This document shows, one piece after another, positions 9,317 to 19,031 of a stretch of 64,000 nt of DNA. The position numbers and the translations under genes were made by a program. The notes under the pieces are model-generated. The model did not search any database and was not told the DNA's origin. It saw nothing but the letters and a program-made list of their open reading frames with translations. Source of the stretch: an uncultured Spirochaetota bacterium (GTDB lineage Bacteria > Spirochaetota > Brevinematia > Brevinematales > JAOACQ01); NCBI GenBank assembly GCA_963768055.1, contig CAVYGN010000002.1, positions 704,001 to 768,000 of the forward strand, in the 5' to 3' direction. Each line of letters starts with the position of its first letter. The stretch's first letter is position 1.

Positions 9317-11392
9317 TCAAAATAATTCAGATAAAACCATCGTAATATCGTCAATCCGAATAGGCCTGTCTCTTCCCGCTTCATATCGTTCTTCCTTCCT
9401 CATCTGAATTGTTTTTTCAATCTCCTTCCGCATTTTTTTTATATCGAGTTCCTTATTACTTTTTAAGAAATTTATCAGATTTTCAGCTTCATATGAAAAG
9501 ACATCGAGAATACCGTCGCTATAAACGAAGATTTTATCCCTTGGAAGTACATTCCCTTCTTCTTCTGTATAAACAAAATCAGCTATTATACCGGCTGGAG
9601 GAGAGTTTTTTATTCCAAAAGTTTTTACGTCGGTGTTCTCCCTCAATATTACCGCATGCGGATGTCCCGCCGAGCTGTATTTAATCTTGTTTTCGTATAA
9701 ATCCAGCATAAGTATAAAGACCGTTACAAACCTGCTTCCTTCCATATTTAAATTAATTATTTTTTTATTAAGCATAACAATGAAATCTGAAAGCTTTATA
9801 TTCCCTTCGTATTCAAGGTTAATTTTAAAATCGGTATAAACATCTTTAACAAGGACGGTCAGCATAGATGCCCCTACTCCATGCCCGGACACATCAGCCA
9901 GAAGAGTTATATAATACTTTCTTTTTTTAATATCAACCTCATCTACATAATAAAAATCGCCCCCAACTTCATCCGACGGCATAAATATAGCCTGAAACTT
10001 GATCTTTTTGCTCCTGGGAAGCTGGGCGGGAATAAGATTTAGGTGCATTAATTTTGCCGCCTGTAAATCTTCAATCAGATTTCTATTCATTTCTTCAAGT
10101 TTTTCCCTGGTTTTCATAATGTATGTGTTGTCAATAAAAAAAATGACAACTCCTTCAAATGCTTTAACGCTTTTAATAGGGAAAAATCTTATATTATACC
10201 ATAAATCACCGAATTTAAGATTAAGGAAAGTAAGTTCTGTTTCACTGTTTTTCAACTCGTTGATTTTGCTCTTGAATTTCTCACCGTATTCCCTGGAAAA
10301 TATCTGGTTTATTTCCATTCCCAGATAAGTTATCCCTGAATCAACAATATTCTTTACCTTTTCGTTTAAAAAAGTGATCCTGTTTTCTTCATTAAGAAGC
10401 AGCATCCCATCACGAGCATTTTCAACAATACTTTTATTGATGACCGCTTGCCGGCGAATGCTTTTTTTCCAGATATCTTCCTTTGTTATATCTTTTACAA
10501 GAATATAATAACCGGTACATACATCTTCAAGGAAGATCCTTTTTATTAATATTTCAGAAACAATTGTCGTTTCATTGTTGTCTTTCATTAAAATTTCGCT
10601 TTTCACCTCTTCGGTTTTTTCCGATATCTCGATAGCTTTGTTAAAAGAGGATTGTGATTCATTTTCAATTAAAACATTAAAATTTTTATTTATTGCCTCA
10701 GCCATTGAAAACCCGAACATTATTTCCGCGCCCTTATTCCAGGTTGTTATATTAAGGTCAACATCTACGGTAATAAAAGCGTAATCCTTAACACTAAGCA
10801 GCATCTGGCTACCAATATCCTGTTCCCTGTTTTTTAAAACATTGATGAGATCATAAATAACTTCATTAAGTTTTTTCGAATTTATTAACAGTGAAATTGC
10901 GGCACGCATATAAGAAAATAAGTTAAAATAACATAAAATAAAAAAAGCGGTTAACTTATTATTACGGATAGTCGGTACCAGAATCGTCATCGGGGGTTTT
11001 CGAAAAATAATCGCATTTATTTTATTTTTAAGGATCTGAAGGGATTTGTAATCGGATTTACTTAAAAAAAATAAATTCACCTCATTTAAAATATCTGTTT
11101 TAATTTTAAAATGCTGTCTTTTGTTTGAAACTGATGATGCCCTTAGAAATAATTTTCCGTTTGAAATTGAAAAAAATAAAGTTAAATCGGATAAAAAAAC
11201 TTTTCTCATCTCATCGCATAAAGCATTAAAAAAATTCTTGGAAAAATCAATCGCTGTTTTTTCAATCCTCAGAAAATTTCTAAACAATCTTTCAATTAAA
11301 AGCTCAAATTTATATGCGTTTTTAATATAATCAACAAAAATTATTACTATTACAAAAAGAAAAAAGATAATTAAATATTGGGAAAAAACCAT
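9317..11392 (-). CDS. Membrane-anchored two-PAS SpoIIE/RsbU-type phosphatase
   Basis: N-terminal TM; PAS (ITTWNKGAEIMFGF; IVENARDGMLLLN); PP2C motifs VGGDFY, ADVSGHGVGAS, SAGHP, YSDGI, DDIT; GAGGAG SD before ATG 11392. Confidence 0.9.
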   Translation of the reverse strand: MVFSQYLIIFFLFVIVIIFVDYIKNAYKFELLIERLFRNFLRIEKTAIDFSKNFFNALCDEMRKVFLSDLTLFFSISNGKLFLRASSVSNKRQHFKIKTDILNEVNLFFLSKSDYKSLQILKNKINAIIFRKPPMTILVPTIRNNKLTAFFILCYFNLFSYMRAAISLLINSKKLNEVIYDLINVLKNREQDIGSQMLLSVKDYAFITVDVDLNITTWNKGAEIMFGFSMAEAINKNFNVLIENESQSSFNKAIEISEKTEEVKSEILMKDNNETTIVSEILIKRIFLEDVCTGYYILVKDITKEDIWKKSIRRQAVINKSIVENARDGMLLLNEENRITFLNEKVKNIVDSGITYLGMEINQIFSREYGEKFKSKINELKNSETELTFLNLKFGDLWYNIRFFPIKSVKAFEGVVIFFIDNTYIMKTREKLEEMNRNLIEDLQAAKLMHLNLIPAQLPRSKKIKFQAIFMPSDEVGGDFYYVDEVDIKKRKYYITLLADVSGHGVGASMLTVLVKDVYTDFKINLEYEGNIKLSDFIVMLNKKIINLNMEGSRFVTVFILMLDLYENKIKYSSAGHPHAVILRENTDVKTFGIKNSPPAGIIADFVYTEEEGNVLPRDKIFVYSDGILDVFSYEAENLINFLKSNKELDIKKMRKEIEKTIQMRKEERYEAGRDRPIRIDDITMVLSELF

Positions 11393-11402
11393 ATCTCCTC
11401 TT

Positions 11403-12449
11403 TCAAACAAATAAAAATGATTTTGGTACAAAATATTTGTAAAATAAATTTATTGCTTCAGTATCAGTCATCAATGCTAAAAAATCAACAAGAGATCTTT
11501 TTTCATCTTCATCAGGATTACAGTTTGCCTGATTTAATTTTTCATATACTATCTCCATATTGTTTGATAAATAATAATAAAGTTCATGCAGTATTTTTTT
11601 TGCCTTATCCATCTCTTGAATAAGCGAAGGATGTTTATATACATTATTAAATAAAAAATCCCTTAAATTTTCAGTGACCTCTAAAATTTCTTTGCTCATA
11701 TAAATATGATTTTTATCTATACTATTTGAAATAACATCTTTTACAAGGGAATTTATCCTTTCAGAATGTTTTTTACCAAGGAATGTTATGGTGTCTCTGG
11801 GTAAATCTTCAATTTTAAGAATTCCTGATTTTACAGCATCATCTACATCATGGTTTACATAAGCGATTGTATCTGAAAATCTAACTACCTCTCCTTCCAA
11901 CGTCATTGGATATTCATCTTTTTTAAGAAAGATTATAGAAGATCTTCCGGTTTTTGAATGTTTTTGAATCCCGTCAAGAACTTCAATAGTCAAATTCAAT
12001 CCATTTCTATTTTTTTCAAGATAATCAAGGACTCTAACACTTTGTTCCGAATGTTTAAAATCCGGATAGGCTTCTTCTCTTATTACCTGTTCTCCCGAAT
12101 GGCCGAAAGGTGTATGACCTACATCATGACCAAGAGCAATAGCCTCAGTAAGGTCTTCATTTAGTTTAAGTGCCCTTGAAATAGTCCTTGCAATCTGGGA
12201 AACCTCAAGAGTATGCGTTAGTCTTGTCCGAAAAGAATCGTTTGAAGGAGATAAAAACACCTGTGTTTTATGCTTTAATCGTCTGAATGACTCTGAATGA
12301 ATTATTCTATCCCTGTCCCTCATGTACTCTGTCCTTATCCAATCAGGTTCCTCTTTTAATTTCCTACCTTTTGATGATATACTTAAAGATGAGAAGGGGG
12401 AAGAATTTTCAGATTCGGTTTTTTCTATTATTTTTCTTATATTTTCCAT
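11403..12449 (-). CDS. dgt: Deoxyguanosinetriphosphate triphosphohydrolase-like HD protein
   Basis: RDRDRIIHSESFRRLKHKTQVF, RTRLTHTLEV, HDVGHTPFGHSGE, AYVNHDVDDA. Confidence 0.93.
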   Translation of the reverse strand: MENIRKIIEKTESENSSPFSSLSISSKGRKLKEEPDWIRTEYMRDRDRIIHSESFRRLKHKTQVFLSPSNDSFRTRLTHTLEVSQIARTISRALKLNEDLTEAIALGHDVGHTPFGHSGEQVIREEAYPDFKHSEQSVRVLDYLEKNRNGLNLTIEVLDGIQKHSKTGRSSIIFLKKDEYPMTLEGEVVRFSDTIAYVNHDVDDAVKSGILKIEDLPRDTITFLGKKHSERINSLVKDVISNSIDKNHIYMSKEILEVTENLRDFLFNNVYKHPSLIQEMDKAKKILHELYYYLSNNMEIVYEKLNQANCNPDEDEKRSLVDFLALMTDTEAINLFYKYFVPKSFLFV

Positions 12450-12459
12450 TTAATTACAC

Positions 12460-12700
12460 CTATTTAGTATTATATAATAGTAACTCTTATTTTTAAACTT
12501 ATCAAGCTTTAACTTTCTATCCGACATCAGGTTCCATCTCTTTTTTATTGTACGGAACCTGTTCTTTAACTATGTTATATTTCACACATAGCGAACAATT
12601 TTCAGGATTTTTTAGAGATTTGCGTTTAATCGTTTTTTTAAACACAGCTAATAAACAAATTCTGCATAATTTTGATACAGTCTATGTGCATTGTTTCCGA
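12460..12700. other. Candidate replication origin (oriC-like intergenic region)
   Basis: Divergent AT-rich intergenic region; DnaA-box-like 9-mers at 12580, 12638, 12649, 12660, 12671 (last four 11 bp apart) and reverse at 12685; close to smc and parABS. Confidence 0.4.
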
Positions 12701-12709
12701 AAATATATT

Positions 12710-13192
12710 ATGCATCTCAACATTAAATTTATTTCCCTTGCATCTTTATTTATTTTATTTTTCTTTACTGCAGGACAATGTTTTGATAAGACTTCAACAA
12801 GCAACTCTATTGATACAATTACAAATATATTAATAAAGACAAATCAATCTTGTGTTGTTATTTATTGGGCCGGCGTTTTTGATTATAGCCGGGAAACAAC
12901 AATAGCAATATACAGAACGGAAGAAAAAATTACCAATGCCAATGAAATAGCAAAGGTCCCACCTTATAAAAAAATGACTAACGAGTTTTTTTTTGAGGAT
13001 CCGGATATAAGTTTCGGTGTTCCTTATTATTACCTGATTATTGTTAATGAAAATATGGTTATTTTACCGGGTAAAAATGTAAATTCAGAACCTGTTTTTT
13101 TCGGAGCGACCAATGGTGCAGGCACTGTCGATGTAGAGGTATTATCGAGTACGAATGAAAACTATTCGGATTTTATTAAAAAATTTAAATAA
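12710..13192 (+). CDS. Hypothetical exported protein
   Basis: Hydrophobic signal-like N-terminus from ATG 12710; beta-rich body; same direction as TPR gene and parAB. Confidence 0.7.
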   Translation: MHLNIKFISLASLFILFFFTAGQCFDKTSTSNSIDTITNILIKTNQSCVVIYWAGVFDYSRETTIAIYRTEEKITNANEIAKVPPYKKMTNEFFFEDPDISFGVPYYYLIIVNENMVILPGKNVNSEPVFFGATNGAGTVDVEVLSSTNENYSDFIKKFK

Positions 13193-13206
13193 TAAGGGGA
13201 ACCCTG

Positions 13207-14286
13207 ATGGAAAGGGGTGAAAAATGGCTGGCTTTCTGGGCTTTTGTTCTGCTTTTTATATTGATAATCGGATTTTCTTTTCTAATGCTTCATGATAAAA
13301 TTCCGGATATAAATTCAATTTCAGCAATTTTCAATTCCGGTAAGTCAGACGAAGCCATGTATAACAAAATCGATGCCGCTTTTGAATTGAAGGAATATAA
13401 TAAAGCGCTTGATATGTCTTCGGATTTTAACGCCCTTTATCCGGATAGCAGGCAACGGGTTAAGGTAATGATAATTGAAGCAAAAGTATTTTATGCATTG
13501 AAGGATTTTGATAAAACCAGGATAATTATTCAAAAAATATTTGCCGATCCGATTATCGATAATAATGATTTCATTCAATCGGCGGATATTCTTGGGGTCC
13601 TTGCAAGGGATGATGGGAAATACGATCCGATAGTTATGAATTATCTTGAAAATGCATATTTAAAATCGGATACAGCGCAAAAGACAGAGATTGCCGGATT
13701 TCTGGGGTATCAGTCTCTTTTCAAAAAGGATTATAATTCAGCTATAAAATATTTTAATAATTCGGCGGGAGAAGAAGGTATTATCGGCAGAGCAAGGGTT
13801 TATATTGAACAGGGCAATTACCCAGTCGCAATCCAGGAATATTTAAATTATTTTAACAGCTATACCGGCGGCGAACGTTATGAAAGGATAAAGACAGCTT
13901 TTATAAAACAATCTTTTTATTATGCGGAATCTTTAAAAAAAAACGGAGAGTATAGAAAATCTATCCAGTATTTTTTTTATGTTGTTAATTATTTTCCTGC
14001 CGATCCTTCTGCAGATGAAGGCTTAATTAAAATTGCAGATATATACGCAATTAACAAGGATTATAAAAATGCGGTTGATTTCCTCGATAAAGCTTTGAAT
14101 AACAATGTAACAAACGGCGATGAGGAAGCTCTATACGACAAAGCTGTTATATATTATCAATGGGGCAAAAAAAACGAATCGATAGGACTATTCAAAGAAC
14201 TTAAGAATAAATACTCCACAGGCATTTTCGGTAAAAAATCGGACGATTGGATCGACCTCATCAAAAAGGACATCGAAGCCAATTAA
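13207..14286 (+). CDS. Membrane-anchored tetratricopeptide repeat protein
   Basis: N-terminal TM; repeated TPR helices (ARVYIEQGNYPVAIQEY, ADEGLIKIADIY, EALYDKAVIYYQWG). Confidence 0.85.
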   Translation: MERGEKWLAFWAFVLLFILIIGFSFLMLHDKIPDINSISAIFNSGKSDEAMYNKIDAAFELKEYNKALDMSSDFNALYPDSRQRVKVMIIEAKVFYALKDFDKTRIIIQKIFADPIIDNNDFIQSADILGVLARDDGKYDPIVMNYLENAYLKSDTAQKTEIAGFLGYQSLFKKDYNSAIKYFNNSAGEEGIIGRARVYIEQGNYPVAIQEYLNYFNSYTGGERYERIKTAFIKQSFYYAESLKKNGEYRKSIQYFFYVVNYFPADPSADEGLIKIADIYAINKDYKNAVDFLDKALNNNVTNGDEEALYDKAVIYYQWGKKNESIGLFKELKNKYSTGIFGKKSDDWIDLIKKDIEAN

Positions 14287-14380
14287 AACAGGAAAGAACA
14301 AGATATAAACCACGATTAACACAGACTAATCGTGGTTCCAATCTATTTAATTGAGTTTTTAAATTCCTTCGCATATAATT

Positions 14381-14495
14381 ATGGACGCTTCTAACTTTTC
14401 ACCGGACAGGCCGGTTCAAGCGAAGCGGATAGGCGAGCTGATAACAATTAGTATGGTAATTATTGGTTTCAAAAATGATTTTTGAACCGCCCTTA
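14381..14495. repeat. Small MITE-like element of the GGGCGCTTCTAA family
   Basis: Left end ATGGACGCTTCTAA, right end TTTGAACCGCCCTTA; internal GCTTCTAACT(T/C)TTC...CGGATAGG...GATAA shared with 34468-34530. Confidence 0.5.
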
Positions 14496-14526
14496 ATACA
14501 TCCGATCGTCGCAAAGAGGAGGGATA

Positions 14527-15303
14527 ATGGCCAGGATTATCGCTATAGCAAACCAAAAAGGGGGGGTGGGCAAAACTACAACAGCTGTAAATCTTTCCGC
14601 TTTTTTAGCTATGGAAGGCAAGCGGACTCTTTTGGTTGATATAGATCCTCAGGGCAATTCCTGCAGCGGATTGGGAGTTAATATCAGCGAAAGGGCCGGC
14701 TATGGTATTTATGAGGTTTTACTTGGGAGTAAAAAAATCTCGGAAGTGATTATAGGGACAAATTACCACAATTTAAAAATAGTTCCTGTTACCCTGGACC
14801 TTGCGGGTGCGCAGATTGAACTTAGCAATTTTCAGAGAAAAGAATTTATTCTTAAAGAGGCGCTTACGGAGGTTAAAGGCGATTTTGATTTCATCCTGAT
14901 CGATACTCCCCCATCGCTGGGTTTATTTACTTTAAATGGGCTCATTGCCGCAGAAAGTGTTTTGATACCGATGCAAAGTGAATTTTATGCAATGGAAGGG
15001 CTGGCCCAACTATTGAAGGCAATAAAACTTGTAAAAAGCGGTCCGAATAGGGACCTTTCAGTGGAAGGTGTTTTAATTACAATGTACGATTCCAGAACAA
15101 ACCTTTCAAAACAGGTTACCGAGGAAGTAAAAAATTATTTCAAGGAAAAGGTCTACGATACAATAATCCCGAGAAATATCAGGTTAAGTGAAGCTCCAAG
15201 CCATGGAATTTCTATTTACGAATATGACTCTAAAAGCCAGGGGTCGCAGTCATATATTGAATTCGGAAAAGAATTTTTAAAAAAAGCTGGAAATAATTTA
15301 TGA
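14527..15303 (+). CDS. parA: Chromosome partitioning ATPase ParA/Soj
   Basis: NQKGGVGKTTT, DIDPQGN, IDTPPSLG, IPRNIRLSEAPSHG. Confidence 0.98.
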   Translation: MARIIAIANQKGGVGKTTTAVNLSAFLAMEGKRTLLVDIDPQGNSCSGLGVNISERAGYGIYEVLLGSKKISEVIIGTNYHNLKIVPVTLDLAGAQIELSNFQRKEFILKEALTEVKGDFDFILIDTPPSLGLFTLNGLIAAESVLIPMQSEFYAMEGLAQLLKAIKLVKSGPNRDLSVEGVLITMYDSRTNLSKQVTEEVKNYFKEKVYDTIIPRNIRLSEAPSHGISIYEYDSKSQGSQSYIEFGKEFLKKAGNNL

Positions 15304-16160
15304 AACATGGATTAGGTCGGGGAATGATGGCCCTCATGGACGATCAGGAAGTTACCCGCGGACAGGAAAACCGGACGAATTCGATAGATATAAATATGAT
15401 AATTCCGAACAGGTACCAACCCAGGAAATCATTTAATGAAGAAGCGCTTAAAGAACTTGCAGATTCTATTCACGATAAGGGTGTATTACAACCGGTAATC
15501 GTCACCGAGCTTGGAGACGGGCGTTTTGAATTAGTGGCGGGCGAAAGACGGTGGAGAGCGGCAAAGATAGCTGGGCTGCTTGAAATCCCGGTTATAATAA
15601 AGGATTTTTCAGATGAAGATAAACTTGAGATAGCTTTAATAGAAAATATTCAAAGAGAAGACCTGAACCCCCTTGAAAAAGCGGAGGCATTCAGGGAGAT
15701 CATCGATAGGCTCAATCTAAGCCAGGAAGATTTAGCAAAAAAAATCGGTAAAGATAGAACCTCCGTAACAAACACATTGCGCCTGCTTAAACTGCCGGAA
15801 TTTGTAAGGGAAAGGCTTGTTTCAGGCGAAATATCCGAAGGTCATGCACGTGCTATACTGGCGATTGAAGATATAGATAGTATAATTGAATTAACAAGAT
15901 ATGTAATTGAGAAAGGGTTATCGGTGAGGGAAACGGAAGCAGCGGTAAAGAATATTAATAAAGATGCAGCCCCTGTGAAAGTAAAAAAGGAGCGAAAACA
16001 TTTTCCCGAAATTGAAGCTATTCAAGAAAGGTTTATCAAGGCGATAGGAGCAAAGGTTGAAATCAAGGGGACGATTAACAAAGGGAAAATAGAGATCCAT
16101 TATTTTTCAAAAGAAGACCTTGAAAATATATATGGATATATTTCGGGAAAAGGGGATTAA
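15300..16160 (+). CDS. parB: Chromosome partitioning protein ParB/Spo0J
   Basis: GLGRG, PNRYQPRK, AGERRWRAA, ENIQREDLNPLE, HTH, SEGHARA; overlaps the parA stop. Confidence 0.98.
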   Translation: MKHGLGRGMMALMDDQEVTRGQENRTNSIDINMIIPNRYQPRKSFNEEALKELADSIHDKGVLQPVIVTELGDGRFELVAGERRWRAAKIAGLLEIPVIIKDFSDEDKLEIALIENIQREDLNPLEKAEAFREIIDRLNLSQEDLAKKIGKDRTSVTNTLRLLKLPEFVRERLVSGEISEGHARAILAIEDIDSIIELTRYVIEKGLSVRETEAAVKNINKDAAPVKVKKERKHFPEIEAIQERFIKAIGAKVEIKGTINKGKIEIHYFSKEDLENIYGYISGKGD

Positions 16161-16172
16161 ATTCTTATCGGA

Positions 16173-16188
16173 TGTTTCACGTGAAACA
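16173..16188. promoter_or_regulatory. parS centromere site
   Basis: Perfect palindrome TGTTTCACGTGAAACA 12 bp after the parB stop. Confidence 0.95.
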
Positions 16189-16198
16189 TTCCGTAGAG

Positions 16199-16379
16199 TT
16201 TACATGGAAACAGAGGCACAGAGAGTTTAGAAAAAACCCTCTTAATTAATTCATTCTATTCATTAAACAAACCATACCAAACTTTAATAAGGGAAAGATG
16301 AAAGCGGTTTAAAAGTCTGTAAGGACACATTAAGATTGTTATCTAAATGAATCTCCGTGACTCTGTGTCTACGTGTAAA
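16199..16379. repeat. Inverted pair of CACAGAG-type repeats
   Basis: 16199-16230 TTTACATGGAAACAGAGGCACAGAGAGTTTAG resembles the reverse complement of 16343-16379 (TTTACACGTAGACACAGAGTCACGGAGATTCATTTAG). Confidence 0.55.
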
Positions 16380-16441
16380 AAATTCTTATATATCTTTATG
16401 TTGAGTTACAAATTTATATTTTTGAAATAGGATTATATCTT

Positions 16442-17464
16442 ATGAAAAATTTCACATTACCAAAAACCAATCCGTGGATTATATATAATTTACGCGACAG
16501 TTCGTTTGCAAGCGATTTATTTATATGTGCAGTTGGACATCTCGATTTTTTTAACTGGTTGAATAAAAATCCGGGTGATATTAATGCAATAGTTACACAT
16601 TTCAATATTAAACCGCGTCCAGCGGATGTGATCCTGACATTATTTAAATCCTATCAATTTATCCGGGAAAACGAAGGCATTTATAGTGTTACAGATTTAT
16701 CGAAGGAATTTTTATTTTATGGATCATTCTGGGATTTAAGCCTATATGTGGGTTCATTAAAAGACAGGCCGATCTGCTTAAGCATGCTGGATGTGTTGAA
16801 AACTGGCAGGCCGGCAAATTGGGCCGGTAAAAAAGACAGTACCGAGTGGAAATTGTCGATGGAAAATCCTCAATTCGCAGAATCTTTTACTGCAGGGATG
16901 AACAGCCGCGGTACCTATTTAGCGAAAGGGATTGTAAGAAAATTCAATATGTCGAATTATAAAAGGATTCTGGATATAGGCGGGGCATCAGGTATTTATT
17001 CTATTGTTTTTTTGTCGGAATTTAAAAATCTATCAGCCACAGTGCTGGATAAATCACCGGTGGATCAGATAGCTAAAAACTGTATTAAAAATTATAATCT
17101 TGAAAGTAGAATGAACGCGGTCAATGGGAACTTCTTCACAGAAGATATTCCTGAAGGTTATGATCTTCACTTTTTATCTCATACTCTGCACGATTGGGAT
17201 GAAGAACAGGTTAATAATATCTTAAAAAAGTCGTATAAGAGCCTTAAAGCAGGCGGCTCTGTCGTAATTCACGATGCTCATATAAATGAGGATAAAACCG
17301 GCCCTGTCAGTGTCGCTGAATATTCAGCATTATTGATGTTTTCGACAGAAGGGAAATGCTACTCCATTGGAGAAATGAAACAGATGTTAAAGTCAGCCGG
17401 ATTCAGAAATATAAAATATATTCCCACAATGTTAAACAGAAGCATTATAATAGGAAGAAAATAA
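16442..17464 (+). CDS. SAM-dependent O-methyltransferase (Methyltransf_2 with dimerisation domain)
   Basis: ILDIGGASG, GNFF, SHTLHDWDEE; N-terminal winged dimerisation region. Confidence 0.9.
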   Translation: MKNFTLPKTNPWIIYNLRDSSFASDLFICAVGHLDFFNWLNKNPGDINAIVTHFNIKPRPADVILTLFKSYQFIRENEGIYSVTDLSKEFLFYGSFWDLSLYVGSLKDRPICLSMLDVLKTGRPANWAGKKDSTEWKLSMENPQFAESFTAGMNSRGTYLAKGIVRKFNMSNYKRILDIGGASGIYSIVFLSEFKNLSATVLDKSPVDQIAKNCIKNYNLESRMNAVNGNFFTEDIPEGYDLHFLSHTLHDWDEEQVNNILKKSYKSLKAGGSVVIHDAHINEDKTGPVSVAEYSALLMFSTEGKCYSIGEMKQMLKSAGFRNIKYIPTMLNRSIIIGRK

Positions 17465-17466
17465 AA

Positions 17467-17482
17467 TGTTTCACGTGAAACA
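17467..17482. promoter_or_regulatory. parS centromere site (second copy)
   Basis: Perfect TGTTTCACGTGAAACA, extended to the palindrome AAATGTTTCACGTGAAACATTT. Confidence 0.95.
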
Positions 17483-17520
17483 TTTACTACTTGGGGGGTT
17501 ACACAGAGAAACAGATTCAC

Positions 17521-17764
17521 TTAAGGGGTACCGAAGGCGGTTATTAGAAGCGCCCTTAATTTGTAAATTCCCTGCAGATTATCGCGAAAAGTCATTTGTA
17601 TTCTTACTGATTTTTTTGTAAAAGTCCATTATAATATATGATTAGTTTATGGGCCCTTCTAATAACTGCCCATTTGGGGCAGCAAGGTAGGGCCCATTGG
17701 GCGGTTTTATTACTGTAAGAACATCTTTTTTTAATAACAATGTTAGTTTTGAGAACCGCACTTA
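17521..17764. repeat. Cluster of GGGCGCTTCTAA-family palindromic elements
   Basis: 17536-17555 GGCGGTTATTAGAAGCGCCC is an 18/20 inverted match to 17651-17670; nested hairpin ATGGGCCC...GGGCCCAT; further ends GGGCGGTTTT...GAGAACCGCACTTA. Confidence 0.6.
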
Positions 17765-17806
17765 TTATTATCAAAGTGATATCAAGCTTTAAACCGGAGT
17801 TAATCG

Positions 17807-19006
17807 ATGATAAAGATCAACGAAAATTTTAATTCCCTTCAAGGGAACTACCTTTTTTATGAAACAGGTAAAAGAGTAAATGAATATTTGCAGAAAAATC
17901 CAGGGGCCGGGATAATCAAGCTGGGAATTGGGGATGTGACGGAACCTCTAAGCCCTTCAATAATTACAGGCTTAATAGAAGCGGTAAAAGAAATGGGTGT
18001 AAGAGAAACCTTTCAGGGATATCCGCCCTGTGAAGGGTATGATTTTTTAAGGAATATAATAAGTGAAAGTGAATATAAGGTAAGGGGGATTGATATCTCC
18101 CCGGATGAAATATTTATTTCAACAGGGGCAAAAGAGGATACGGCAAATATTCAGGAACTCTTTTCTAACGATATCAAACTGGCCATCACCGATCCGGTAT
18201 ACCCGGTTTATGTGGACAGCAATATAATGGCAGGAAGGAAAGAAATAGTCTACCTGCCCTGCACTTCAATGAACAATTTCCTTCCCGAACTTCCTGAAGA
18301 GGATGTAGACCTAATATACCTTTGTTTTCCTAACAATCCCACAGGCCAGGTTATTAAATTTTCGGGTTTAAAAAAATGGATCGATTATGCAAAACAAAAA
18401 AAGGCTATTATATTATTTGACGCGGCTTATGAGGCATATATAAGGCAAGACGATATCCCCCGCAGCATATTTGAAATTGAGGGGGCTCATGAAGTTGCCG
18501 TTGAATTCAGGAGTCTTTCAAAGACAGCCGGTTTTACAGGAACAAGATGTTCTTATACTGTTATTCCTGATAAATTAAATGTTTCTGATATGAAAGGAGA
18601 GATACATAGCCTGAAAAAACTATGGCTGAGAAGACAGTCGACAAAATCGAATGGGGTAGCTTATATCATTCAAAAAGGCGCCTATCGATATTTTACTGAA
18701 CAGGGAAGAAGAGAAAACAGAGCGGTATTGGATTATTATCTTGAAAATGCGGCTATCATAGGAAGGGGAATATCCTCTCTCGGCCTCGGGTTTACAGGGG
18801 GTGTTAATTCTCCCTATATATGGTGCAATGTTCCCGATGGATTGAGTTCATGGCAATTTTTTGATGAGCTTTTAAATAAATGTAATATTGCAGGGACGCC
18901 GGGATCTGGTTTCGGTGCTTGCGGAGAGGGATTCTTTAGACTGACCGGGTTCGGGAAAAGGCAGGATATTGAAGAAGCTGTCGAAAGGCTTGCTAGGTTT
19001 AAATGA
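17807..19006 (+). CDS. dapL: LL-diaminopimelate aminotransferase
   Basis: LGIGDVTEPL, CFPNNPTG, FDAAYEAYI, SLSKTAGFTGTRC, GTPGSGFG. Confidence 0.96.
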   Translation: MIKINENFNSLQGNYLFYETGKRVNEYLQKNPGAGIIKLGIGDVTEPLSPSIITGLIEAVKEMGVRETFQGYPPCEGYDFLRNIISESEYKVRGIDISPDEIFISTGAKEDTANIQELFSNDIKLAITDPVYPVYVDSNIMAGRKEIVYLPCTSMNNFLPELPEEDVDLIYLCFPNNPTGQVIKFSGLKKWIDYAKQKKAIILFDAAYEAYIRQDDIPRSIFEIEGAHEVAVEFRSLSKTAGFTGTRCSYTVIPDKLNVSDMKGEIHSLKKLWLRRQSTKSNGVAYIIQKGAYRYFTEQGRRENRAVLDYYLENAAIIGRGISSLGLGFTGGVNSPYIWCNVPDGLSSWQFFDELLNKCNIAGTPGSGFGACGEGFFRLTGFGKRQDIEEAVERLARFK

Positions 19007-19031
19007 TCGTTTAAATTAATTCGGAGGTTAT

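Noticed and set aside
11403..12449. dGTPase as an anti-phage defence gene
   Set aside because: Short housekeeping-type protein in an operon with signalling genes; no defence-island context
12548..12709. N-terminal extension of the 12548-13192 ORF
   Set aside because: Signal peptide begins at ATG 12710; the upstream part looks like regulatory/origin DNA
14287..14526. Structured ncRNA (SRP, tmRNA or riboswitch) upstream of parA or at 34380-34535
   Set aside because: No recognisable conserved motifs; better explained by the dispersed repeat family. An Rfam scan was not possible
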